DNA of 64,000 nt from Patescibacteria group bacterium (GTDB lineage Bacteria > Patescibacteriota > JAUYIX01 > JBHPHK01), in NCBI GenBank assembly GCA_042569365.1, contig JBHPHK010000001.1, forward strand, positions 21,082 through 85,081. Reading direction: 5' to 3'. Under the pieces are notes generated by a model. The model saw only the letters and a list, made by a program, of their open reading frames with translations. It had not been told where the DNA came from and searched no databases. A program made the position numbers and the translations under genes. Positions 1-8,650 of the stretch are shown one piece after another (within the stretch, counting starts at the first letter, position 1; every line of letters begins with the position of its first letter).

Positions 1-1430
1 GCCAGCGTCCGCGTGTTGACAAGGGTCAGGTCGTCCAACAGGGCGACGTGATTGCTGACGGTGCTTCCGTAGACAAGGGAGAGCTTGCGCTCGGCCAAAA
101 CCTTCTTGTGGCTTTCATGTCCTGGGGCGGTAGCAACTACGAAGATGCTGTTATTCTCTCAGAGAGAATTGTGCAGCAGGATCGTTTCAGTTCTGTTCAT
201 ATCGAAACATTTTCAATCGAAGTCCGTGACACTAAGCTTGGTCCAGAAGTAATCACACGTGACATTCCAAATGTCGGTGAAGAGAAACTAAAAGATCTCG
301 ACGAGGAAGGTATTATCCGCGTTGGAGCACAAGTTTCTGCTGGCGACATTCTAGTCGGTAAAATCACCCCTAAGGGTGAGACTGATCTGACAGCAGAAGA
401 ACGCTTGCTTCGCGCTATTTTCGGTGAAAAAGCGCGCGACGTGAAAGACACATCTCTGCACTTGCCGCATGGTGAGCAGGGTAAAGTTATCGAGATTAAA
501 GTATTTAGCCGTGATGAGGGCGATCGCCTTCAGACTGGCGTTATAAAGAAGATTCAAATCAGCATCGCGAAGCTGCGCAAAATCAATGTCGGTGACAAAA
601 TGGCCGGACGCCATGGTAACAAAGGTGTTATCTCTAAGATCCTGCCAGTGGCCGAGATGCCATTCTTGCCGGACGGAACGCCAGTCGACGTCATCTTGAA
701 CCCGCTTGGTGTGGTTTCTCGTATGAACATTGGCCAGATCCTGGAGACCCACTTGGGTTATGCTGCTAGCCAGCTTGGATATAAAGTAGCCAGCCCTGTT
801 CTAGAAGGTGTTCCCGAAGAGCGTATTAAAGCGGAGCTCAAAAAAGCAGGCTTGCCAGAAGATGGCAAGGTTCAGTTACGTGATGGACGATCAGGCGAGG
901 AATTTGCTGAACGCACAACGGTCGGCATCATGTATATGCTCAAGCTGCACCACTTGGTTGAAGACAAGATTCACCAACGTTCGATCGGACCTTACTCTCT
1001 AGTTACTCAGCAGCCGCTCGGTGGTAAAGCACAGTTCGGTGGTCAGCGTTTCGGAGAAATGGAAGTGTGGGCTCTTGAAGCCTACGGCGCTGCGCATACC
1101 TTGCAGGAAATCCTAACTATCAAATCGGACGATGTCATGGGACGAAGCAAGACTTACGAATCGATCGTGAAAGGTGAGCCGATCCGCAAGCCAAACATTC
1201 CTGCCTCTTTCAATGTTTTGATGAAAGAATTGATGAGCCTCGGCCTGTCGGTCGAACTGCTCGATCAAGAACATCAGGCGCGTAAGTTCCGTGAGCTTTC
1301 AGAAGTTGCGGAAGATGAGGACAAACAAGCTCGCGATAGAAAGAAAGAAGAAATGGAGCTAACCACAGATGATGGACCAGAAGTCGGAACTGGACCAGAA
1401 GAAACTGCAAAAAACGATTCCGAAGAATAA
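1..1430 (+). CDS. rpoB: DNA-directed RNA polymerase subunit beta, C-terminal part (5-prime end lies outside the window)
   Basis: The frame is open from base 3. Hallmark blocks are present: [54 protein letters not shown] and [25 protein letters not shown]. The protein ends in an acidic tail. Confidence 0.95.
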   Translation, partial: QRPRVDKGQVVQQGDVIADGASVDKGELALGQNLLVAFMSWGGSNYEDAVILSERIVQQDRFSSVHIETFSIEVRDTKLGPEVITRDIPNVGEEKLKDLDEEGIIRVGAQVSAGDILVGKITPKGETDLTAEERLLRAIFGEKARDVKDTSLHLPHGEQGKVIEIKVFSRDEGDRLQTGVIKKIQISIAKLRKINVGDKMAGRHGNKGVISKILPVAEMPFLPDGTPVDVILNPLGVVSRMNIGQILETHLGYAASQLGYKVASPVLEGVPEERIKAELKKAGLPEDGKVQLRDGRSGEEFAERTTVGIMYMLKLHHLVEDKIHQRSIGPYSLVTQQPLGGKAQFGGQRFGEMEVWALEAYGAAHTLQEILTIKSDDVMGRSKTYESIVKGEPIRKPNIPASFNVLMKELMSLGLSVELLDQEHQARKFRELSEVAEDEDKQARDRKKEEMELTTDDGPEVGTGPEETAKNDSEE

Positions 1431-1452
1431 TACCTAACGGTACTTTATAAAG

Positions 1453-2979
1453 ATGAAGTTATCCTCCAAGACAACTAAACAGCAAAACCGCTCCCAAGGA
1501 GTGGACGCAGTGTCTGCTAATGAAGTTGTCGAAGAGTATTCCATCGAGAAAAGAAGCAAAAAGCCGCTCTGGTTTGGAATCTTGACGGGAGCTTTTATAG
1601 CAGCAATCGCCCTGGTTCTCTTGTGGCAGGACGCGCTCCCTGGAGTAGCTCTTCGCAGACCGAATATTGATCGCGAAACTATTCCGCAGGTTCCACCATC
1701 AGCAACAGCACAGTTAACTCAGGACCCAGAAGAAACTCCTGAAATAATTGCAGTCGAAGTCGAAACAGTCGCGCTTGCAAATGAAAAAAAGATCACAGCA
1801 ACTGATCAGGCCGAAAAACTGATCCGTTCCGCCAATGACAGCTATGGAAACCCAGGAACAAGCTGGGCGCCGAATGGCAGCACACTTCTTTTTTCAAGAG
1901 CTAGCGACCGCACCGACTACGCTTCTCAACAAACTGGCATTGCTCCTGAAAATCTTTGGTCATACACGCCTAAAACAAAAGATGGCAAGCAAATCAGCAC
2001 TAGCGGAGCTCTCGGTTGGGGTGGAAGTTGGGGGAGTGTTCGTTTCAATGCGACTGGCTCGGAAGTTCTCTATTATGAACTGTTCAGTACATCAGAACAG
2101 ACAGTAAATGGGCCGCGCATACTTAGCTCAAGTAAAGATGGTTTCTACAGCGTTGCTCTAAACGCATCAAACAATAAAACGAAACTAAACGTTCCGAGTG
2201 AAAGTCGCATTCTCACCAAACTAGAAGACAAAGCATTTCCATCAGCATCAGGCGAGCGTGTACTTTTCGTAACACAGGCTGGTGAGTATCTCTGGCAGGA
2301 CGGCGATAAGCAGTATCCTCTCGGAGTCGGCATCGATGAAGTAAATGGCGAGCGACAGTTCCGTTTCTCTATGCCATCCTGGTCTCCTGATGGTTCACAA
2401 ATAGCCTTCACTCGCAAAATGGATGCTACAGACGAAGCAGGCAATAACGTTTCAGTCTATGTCCTGGATATGAATGAGACGGCCAGCTTAGATCAAATGG
2501 CGCCGATAGGAGTTGCGCATGTTCCTGAAAATCATCTCGTATTTGAAGATATCGATATTGACTGGGCGCCGGACGGACAAAGTTTCTGGATCGGATCTGG
2601 CCATACCCTCTTCCAGATTGAAAACGGTTCAGCCAAACAAATTAAAACGGGGGAGGATGTGCGGCCATTTGCCTGGTCACCCGAAGGCAAGCAAGTATTA
2701 GCACTTGCCCAGCGCGATACGACTGAAGAACACTTTCAGATCATTAGCCTGGAGAAGGACACAACACAAGAATTAGATCGAGAAGTGCAACAGGCAGCCT
2801 GGATTTCAGAAAACTTAATCATTACTCGCACCGTCGAAGGCCTCAGCATCTATAACATAGAAAAACAACAAACTTCATCACTACTTTCAAAAAATATTTC
2901 TGATTTTTCTTTAGCGCCAAATCATAAAGACCTCGCTTGGGTCGCTGAAGGAGAACTCTGGATCGCACAGATTCAATAA
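1453..2979 (+). CDS. Membrane-anchored PD40/TolB-like beta-propeller repeat protein, function unknown
   Basis: One N-terminal hydrophobic helix (LWFGILTGAFIAAIALVLLW) is followed by repeated W-[SA]-P-[DEN]-G blades (SWAPNGSTLLF, PSWSPDGSQIAF, IDWAPDGQSFW, FAWSPEGKQVLA). The gene starts 22 nt after the rpoB stop and ends 33 nt before the rpoC start. Confidence 0.6.
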   Translation: MKLSSKTTKQQNRSQGVDAVSANEVVEEYSIEKRSKKPLWFGILTGAFIAAIALVLLWQDALPGVALRRPNIDRETIPQVPPSATAQLTQDPEETPEIIAVEVETVALANEKKITATDQAEKLIRSANDSYGNPGTSWAPNGSTLLFSRASDRTDYASQQTGIAPENLWSYTPKTKDGKQISTSGALGWGGSWGSVRFNATGSEVLYYELFSTSEQTVNGPRILSSSKDGFYSVALNASNNKTKLNVPSESRILTKLEDKAFPSASGERVLFVTQAGEYLWQDGDKQYPLGVGIDEVNGERQFRFSMPSWSPDGSQIAFTRKMDATDEAGNNVSVYVLDMNETASLDQMAPIGVAHVPENHLVFEDIDIDWAPDGQSFWIGSGHTLFQIENGSAKQIKTGEDVRPFAWSPEGKQVLALAQRDTTEEHFQIISLEKDTTQELDREVQQAAWISENLIITRTVEGLSIYNIEKQQTSSLLSKNISDFSLAPNHKDLAWVAEGELWIAQIQ

Positions 2980-3012
2980 ATCTTATCTCTCACAACGATT
3001 AATTAATTCATC

Positions 3013-6000
3013 ATGTCTACACCAGAAAAATCAACAGATTTTTTCAGCAGCAAAATTGCCGATTTTGACGCTATTCGTATTAAGGTTGCTTCTCCCGATG
3101 AGATCGAAGAATGGTCTTATGGAGAGGTTACCAAACCGGAAACTATCAACTATCGTACACAGCGCCCTGAAAAAGAAGGTCTTTTCAGTGAAGCAATCTT
3201 CGGTCCGACCAAGGACTGGGAGTGTTACTGCGGTAAATACAAGCGTATCCGTTATAAAGGTATTGTTTGTGAAAAATGTGGCGTAGAAGTCACCCGTTCC
3301 ATCGTCCGACGTGAGCGTATGGGGCATATCACTCTCGAAGTGCCTGTCAGCCATATCTGGTTTTTGCGCGGCGTTCCTTCTAAGATCGGTTTGATCCTGG
3401 ATCTGACCGTCCAGGAGCTGGAGAAAGTTATTTACTTTGCCAGCTATATCATTACGGACGTAAAAGAAGATGCGCGCGAGGAAGCCTTGAAACAGGTGAC
3501 CCGCGAAGCTAAGGCTAAGAAAGAGGAGATCTCCAAACGTTATCAGGAGATCAACAAGCGCTTGAAAGAGGAGCAAGCTAAAGCTTTTGAAGTTATTAAA
3601 GATAAGCCAGCGGGTGAACAGAAAAAATTAGCACAACGTTTTGAAGAAGAGCTCCAAAAGAAGAACAAAGAAAAGAAACAAGAGCTCGACAACTTGCAAG
3701 AGGCGGTCTCTACTGCCAAACAGGAGCTTGGAGACTTGAGTCCACTACGCGTTATCTCTGAAATAGAATACCGCGAACTTTCCGTCAAATACGGACATGT
3801 ATTCCAGGCCGGTATCGGCGCAGAAGCTGTGCGAGAACTGGTCAGCAAGATTGATCTCAAAGAAAATATCAAAACAATAAAAAGCGAGCTTAAGGGCGCC
3901 GTCGCATCTAAGCGTAAGAAGATGAAGCGCCGCCTAAAGTTAATCCAAAGCATGGACAAGGCGAATATTCGTCCAGAATGGATGTTTATCACGAAATTGC
4001 CTATCTTGCCGCCGGACCTTCGACCGATGGTCCAGCTTGATGGTGGCCGTTTTGCGGCCTCTGACCTGAACGACTTGTATCGTCGCGTCATCAACCGCAA
4101 CAACCGTCTTAAACGTTTACATAAACTTAATGCGCCAGAAGTTATCACGCGAAACGAAAAGCGTATGCTCCAAGAAGCTGTCGATGCTTTGATCGACAAC
4201 AATGCTCGCCGTGGCAAGGCTGTTGCTTCTACAACTGGCCAGCGACGCACCCTTAAATCTTTGGCTGATATGCTTAAAGGTAAACAGGGTCGTTTCCGCC
4301 AGAACTTGCTCGGTAAACGCGTCGACTATTCCGGTCGTTCCGTGATTGTGGTTGGTCCGCAGCTCAAACTACACGAGGCTGGTATTCCAAAGACGATGGC
4401 TCTCGAGCTTTTCAAACCATTCATCATCCAGCGTTTGATCAAGCATGAGTTTGCCTACAATGTCCGTTCAGCCGGTAAATTGATCGAAGCGAAAGCACCA
4501 GAGGTTTGGGACATGTTGGAAGAGGCGATTCAAGGTCAGTATGTTCTCTTGAACCGCGCTCCTACCCTTCACCGTCTTGGTATTCAGGCTTTCGAGCCAG
4601 TCTTGATCGAAGGAAAAGCGATCCAGATTCATCCGATGGTTTGTGATGCGTATAATGCTGACTTCGATGGTGACCAGATGGCGGTACACATTCCTTTGAC
4701 GGATAAGGCTCGTGAGGAAGCGCGAGAAATCATGCTTTCCAGCAAGAACTTGCTTAAACCTGCGACTGGTCAGCCAATCGTTACGGCTACAAAAGACATG
4801 GTCTTGGGTTGTTACTGGATGTCTGACATTAAGCCAGTACCAAAAGATAAGCGCCGCATTTTCTCTACAGAACAAGAGGTGATTCTTGCCTACGAAATGA
4901 ACAATCTAAATATTAAAGATGAAATCGAAGTTGTGCTTGATAATAAAGAGCGAATTACGACTTGTGCCGGACGCATCATCTTCAACAAGATTTTGCCGGA
5001 AGAATTTATGTTCATTAACGAGCTCTTGGATAAGAAAGTCTTGCGACGCATCGTTGCAGAGGTTTTGGATCTCTATGGCCGCGAGGTGACTGCTGAAGTA
5101 GCAGACCGCATTAAAGGTCTCGGCTTTGAATATTTGACTCGTTCTGGTCTTACCTGGGGTATGGATGACGTGAAAACTCCAAAGATCAAGGCGAAGCTTG
5201 TGGCGGATGCCGAAGATGAAGTTGAGCACATCCATGATCAATACCGCCAAGGTCTTTTGACAGATGACGAACGTTTTATGAAAGTTATTGAGATTTGGAG
5301 TAAGGTCAAGGATAATATCACCGAAGCTGTCGAAAAGGAACTGGACCGCGACGGGGGAGCATACAGTATGATCCAATCCGGAGCGCGTGGTAGCTGGGGC
5401 CAGTTGACTCAGATGATGGGTATGAAAGGTTTGGTGAGCAATCCGTCTGGTCGTACGATTGAGTTGCCGGTGAAAGATAACTTCAAGGAAGGCTTCAATG
5501 TGTTGGAGTACTTCATTTCTACGCACGGTACCCGAAAAGGTATGTCCGATACGGCGCTGCGTACTGCAAATGCCGGTTATCTGACACGTCGCCTTGTGGA
5601 CGTTGCACAGGATGTTGTTGTCCAGGAGGAAGATTGTCGTGATAACGTTGGTTTCACATTTACCAAGAAAGACAGTGAAGAAATTGGACGAGAATTTACG
5701 GATCGCGTTATTGGACGCGTGACTATCGGCAAGATTGTTGATCCGAAGACTGGTGAAGTCGTATTAAAACACAATGAGCTTATTACGAAAGAGTCAGCCG
5801 AAAAACTATCCAAGCTGGACTTGTCTGAAATTACAATCCGTTCCATCATGACTTGTCGCACGAAGCGAGGTGTCTGTAAGCGTTGTTATGGATATGACCT
5901 CGGTAATAATAAAGAGGTTGAGATAGGACAGGCGGTCGGTATTGTGGCTGCCCAGGCGATTGGTGAGCCGGGTACACAGTTGACTATGCGTACTTTCCAC

Positions 6001-6981
6001 ACTGGTGGTGTTGCTGGAGGCGACATTACGATGGGTCTGCCGCGCGTTGAAGAGTTGTTTGAGGCAAGACAGATCAAAAAGCCAGCCTTGATTGCTGAGA
6101 TTAAAGGTAAAGTCAGCATCGAAATTACAAACAAGAACAAAATCCTAACGATTACTTCAGTTGATCTACCGGAAGATACTTACACCTTAACTGAAAAATC
6201 TAAAGTGGAAGTTTCAAATCGCGCCAATGTTGAGGCAGGAGAACTGCTCTATACCGAAGGCCGCAAGAAAATCAAGTCCAAAGTAGACGGCACTGTGCGC
6301 GTTGCCAAAACCAAGCTTACGGTTGTGCATGCACATGCGCCGGAAAAAGAATACGTTGTATCCAACGATCTTTCGCTCTGGGTAAATGATGGAGATGAAA
6401 TTGAGATTGGCCAGCAGTTGACTGATGGTCATATTGATCTCTATGAACTGCATCGTGCAGCCGGACGAGAGGCAATCCAGCGCTACATCATGAGCGAAGT
6501 GCAAACAATCTACTCTACGCAGGGTCAGGATGTGGACGATAAACACGTCGAGATTATTATTCGTCAAATGATGTCCCGCGTCACGATCAAAACGCCAGGT
6601 GACTCTGACTTCATCGAAGGCGAAGTTATTAACTGGGCAGTCTTCTCTGAAGAGAATGATCGCCTCAAAGCAGAGGGTAAAGAATCGGCAACCGCTGATG
6701 ATATCCTTCTGGGTATTACGAAAGCATCCCTCTCGACTGACAGTTTCTTGTCAGCCGCTTCCTTCCAGCAAACTGCACGCGTCTTGATCGATGCTGCGGT
6801 CACTGGCCGTATTGATAATTTAAGCGGACTTAAAGAAAATGTGATTATCGGTCGTTTGATTCCAGCTGGTACTGGTTATCAACTTTATAAAGACCGTCAC
6901 AAACACCTTGAGGAAACGCCTAAAGCAGAAGCAGCGCCAGAGATAAAGACGACAGAAAAAACTGAAGAGGTAAAAGAATAA
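3013..6981 (+). CDS. rpoC: DNA-directed RNA polymerase subunit beta-prime
   Basis: A zinc motif (CYCGKYKRIRYKGIVCEKCG) and the catalytic NADFDGDQMAVH motif are present. The 1322-aa product is collinear with beta-prime, with a lysine/glutamate-rich coiled-coil insertion near residues 150-320. Confidence 0.97.
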   Translation: MSTPEKSTDFFSSKIADFDAIRIKVASPDEIEEWSYGEVTKPETINYRTQRPEKEGLFSEAIFGPTKDWECYCGKYKRIRYKGIVCEKCGVEVTRSIVRRERMGHITLEVPVSHIWFLRGVPSKIGLILDLTVQELEKVIYFASYIITDVKEDAREEALKQVTREAKAKKEEISKRYQEINKRLKEEQAKAFEVIKDKPAGEQKKLAQRFEEELQKKNKEKKQELDNLQEAVSTAKQELGDLSPLRVISEIEYRELSVKYGHVFQAGIGAEAVRELVSKIDLKENIKTIKSELKGAVASKRKKMKRRLKLIQSMDKANIRPEWMFITKLPILPPDLRPMVQLDGGRFAASDLNDLYRRVINRNNRLKRLHKLNAPEVITRNEKRMLQEAVDALIDNNARRGKAVASTTGQRRTLKSLADMLKGKQGRFRQNLLGKRVDYSGRSVIVVGPQLKLHEAGIPKTMALELFKPFIIQRLIKHEFAYNVRSAGKLIEAKAPEVWDMLEEAIQGQYVLLNRAPTLHRLGIQAFEPVLIEGKAIQIHPMVCDAYNADFDGDQMAVHIPLTDKAREEAREIMLSSKNLLKPATGQPIVTATKDMVLGCYWMSDIKPVPKDKRRIFSTEQEVILAYEMNNLNIKDEIEVVLDNKERITTCAGRIIFNKILPEEFMFINELLDKKVLRRIVAEVLDLYGREVTAEVADRIKGLGFEYLTRSGLTWGMDDVKTPKIKAKLVADAEDEVEHIHDQYRQGLLTDDERFMKVIEIWSKVKDNITEAVEKELDRDGGAYSMIQSGARGSWGQLTQMMGMKGLVSNPSGRTIELPVKDNFKEGFNVLEYFISTHGTRKGMSDTALRTANAGYLTRRLVDVAQDVVVQEEDCRDNVGFTFTKKDSEEIGREFTDRVIGRVTIGKIVDPKTGEVVLKHNELITKESAEKLSKLDLSEITIRSIMTCRTKRGVCKRCYGYDLGNNKEVEIGQAVGIVAAQAIGEPGTQLTMRTFHTGGVAGGDITMGLPRVEELFEARQIKKPALIAEIKGKVSIEITNKNKILTITSVDLPEDTYTLTEKSKVEVSNRANVEAGELLYTEGRKKIKSKVDGTVRVAKTKLTVVHAHAPEKEYVVSNDLSLWVNDGDEIEIGQQLTDGHIDLYELHRAAGREAIQRYIMSEVQTIYSTQGQDVDDKHVEIIIRQMMSRVTIKTPGDSDFIEGEVINWAVFSEENDRLKAEGKESATADDILLGITKASLSTDSFLSAASFQQTARVLIDAAVTGRIDNLSGLKENVIIGRLIPAGTGYQLYKDRHKHLEETPKAEAAPEIKTTEKTEEVKE

Positions 6982-7012
6982 TTTACGGACAAAGTCAGTT
7001 CTAGGCACAAAA

Positions 7013-7043
7013 ATGCTCATCTCCCCGCAGGTGGGCATTTTTA
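7013..7043 (+). terminator. Rho-independent terminator after rpoC
   Basis: ATGCTCAT (7013-7020) pairs with GTGGGCAT (7031-7038), including two G-U pairs. A T-run follows. Confidence 0.55.
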
Positions 7044-7044
7044 C

Positions 7045-7073
7045 TTGACAATATCTTATGAACCTGCTAGAGT
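7045..7073 (+). promoter_or_regulatory. Sigma70-type promoter
   Basis: TTGACA (7045-7050), 17-nt spacer, TAGAGT (7068-7073). It lies upstream of the AGGAGG RBS and the 7129 ORF. Confidence 0.5.
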
Positions 7074-7128
7074 ACCTTTTCGCACTTCACACATATTAAT
7101 CTAAATACGAAAAAAGGAGGGCTATGCC

Positions 7129-7356
7129 TTGTTTAGCGCACAACAAAAAGAGGCTGTTATGGCAAAAATCGAAAGCCTGGCGCGAGTTCTGGACGCAGCT
7201 CACATCAAGTATGAGATCGTAAAAAAGGAGAGGTACGCTCTCCTGACGATCGACGGGCGTCAGACTAAATTTCCCTGGGATCTCTTCTCATACGGAAGGC
7301 ACAGTGATGCCAGTATAGCAGTCGAAGAACTCCTCGAAAAATATAACCGCACTTGA
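7129..7356 (+). CDS. Small hypothetical protein (75 aa from the TTG start; alternative ATG at 7159)
   Basis: An AGGAGG RBS lies 8 nt upstream of TTG 7129. The gene has its own promoter and a strong terminator. I recognise no family. Confidence 0.45.
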   Translation: MFSAQQKEAVMAKIESLARVLDAAHIKYEIVKKERYALLTIDGRQTKFPWDLFSYGRHSDASIAVEELLEKYNRT

Positions 7357-7395
7357 TCATCATCAGATGAACCATCAAGTGCGGTTCTTTTTTTA
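7346..7395. terminator. Bidirectional terminator between convergent genes
   Basis: A perfect 12-bp inverted repeat, ACCGCACTTGAT (7346-7357) and ATCAAGTGCGGT (7374-7385), is followed by a T-run. Confidence 0.65.
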
Positions 7396-7403
7396 TTTAT
7401 GAT

Positions 7404-8549
7404 TTAGGCGGCTTCATCTAAACGATCTTGCGCTTCCTCAATAAAAGGTGAATAAAACTCTGCCTTATCCGGATGTCTTGTGGACTGCTGTTGCAGATAG
7501 TTGATAATACTTTCGAAGTAATATTTCATTCTAAACTGGGGAGGATCGCCCATTTCTTTCGCAACCACATGTGCCGGCTTGACTTTACCCAGCTTTTCCA
7601 TTCTCTGGTATGCATCCCAGGCAAACTCTCGTGAGCCGCCTCTTTCCATAGGAGTTTCATAATTCTTGCGAGCATCTTGGATCAAGACTAGAGGCATTTC
7701 TCCTCTGTCTAAGTACTCAGGGACGGTAACGCTCTTGGTCTTTACCAGGTTTCTATATTTTTTCTCAGGAATACAATCTGAATCGTTATAATCAGCGCAT
7801 GTTTTGAGCTGGATTGCGACCCATTTGCCAGAGTCCAACTGGATCATGGCATCAGTTTTGTTAAAAAGATCTGCAGCGACAAGCTCATCAGCCTGTTTAA
7901 CAAATCGTTTTGCTTCACTTAGTAAGGTTACAAAGAAATTTTCAATAACTTCTTGGCGCTCCCATTCACCGCGCTCTCTTTCGGAGGAGTATTGGAACTT
8001 ATTTTGTAGTCTTTGCGCTTCTTTATGGCGATGGATCACCAATTTTTTCCATGCCTCCTTAATTTGTTCTTCGTCGAAGTCTTTTGCATCCAGACTAACT
8101 CCCAGCTTCCTCTCCCAAAAACGAAGCGGATCTTTGGCTTTATCTCTCCGATCGTCGCCTATATTTTCTGCGCTAAAACCAAGGTAGGCAATATACTCCT
8201 TCTTGCTTAGCTCCTTGATCTCGCCGGATCGATCTGCTATGAAACGTACGCCGTCTTCATCTTCTCCAATAATGGCCGGAAAAAATACATTGTCACGGCC
8301 AATTTCTTTTATGTCGACTTTTGTTTCACTATAAAATTCCTGAGCTTCTTCAAGGTCTTCAAAGAACTCCGCATATTTCTCTCTGACCTGCTCGTTTGGT
8401 TTGGTATTGGTAAACAAATACACTTCACGCAGCTTCATCAGTTCGCCATCCAACTCATAATCGTTTTCATAAAAAGTCTCTGGATTCAGTACCTCTTTTT
8501 CCAGTTCTTGGGTTGGTTTTAATATTTCGGCTGCTTTTTCTGGGTCCAT
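7404..8549 (-). CDS. Hypothetical protein, 381 aa, acidic N-terminal half
   Basis: This is a long uninterrupted ORF with normal codon composition. No family motif is recognised. A possible D...QxK patch (IQLDSGKWVAIQLKT) is only weakly reminiscent of a PD-(D/E)xK nuclease. Confidence 0.6.
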   Translation of the reverse strand: MDPEKAAEILKPTQELEKEVLNPETFYENDYELDGELMKLREVYLFTNTKPNEQVREKYAEFFEDLEEAQEFYSETKVDIKEIGRDNVFFPAIIGEDEDGVRFIADRSGEIKELSKKEYIAYLGFSAENIGDDRRDKAKDPLRFWERKLGVSLDAKDFDEEQIKEAWKKLVIHRHKEAQRLQNKFQYSSERERGEWERQEVIENFFVTLLSEAKRFVKQADELVAADLFNKTDAMIQLDSGKWVAIQLKTCADYNDSDCIPEKKYRNLVKTKSVTVPEYLDRGEMPLVLIQDARKNYETPMERGGSREFAWDAYQRMEKLGKVKPAHVVAKEMGDPPQFRMKYYFESIINYLQQQSTRHPDKAEFYSPFIEEAQDRLDEAA

Positions 8550-8650
8550 CTAGATATAGGTTAACTGTCCTATATTATACCAAATACCCTTTTCAAAACG
8601 CCTTTTTTGTGGTACACTAGGCCAAGAATTAGTGATTTAGAGATTTTTTA

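Noticed and set aside
3031-6803. Many minus-strand and off-frame ORFs inside rpoC (for example 3031-3576, 3543-4250, 4468-4875, 4906-5526, 6214-6567).
   Set aside because: They lie entirely within a confidently identified rpoC frame and have low-complexity or implausible translations. They are shadow ORFs.
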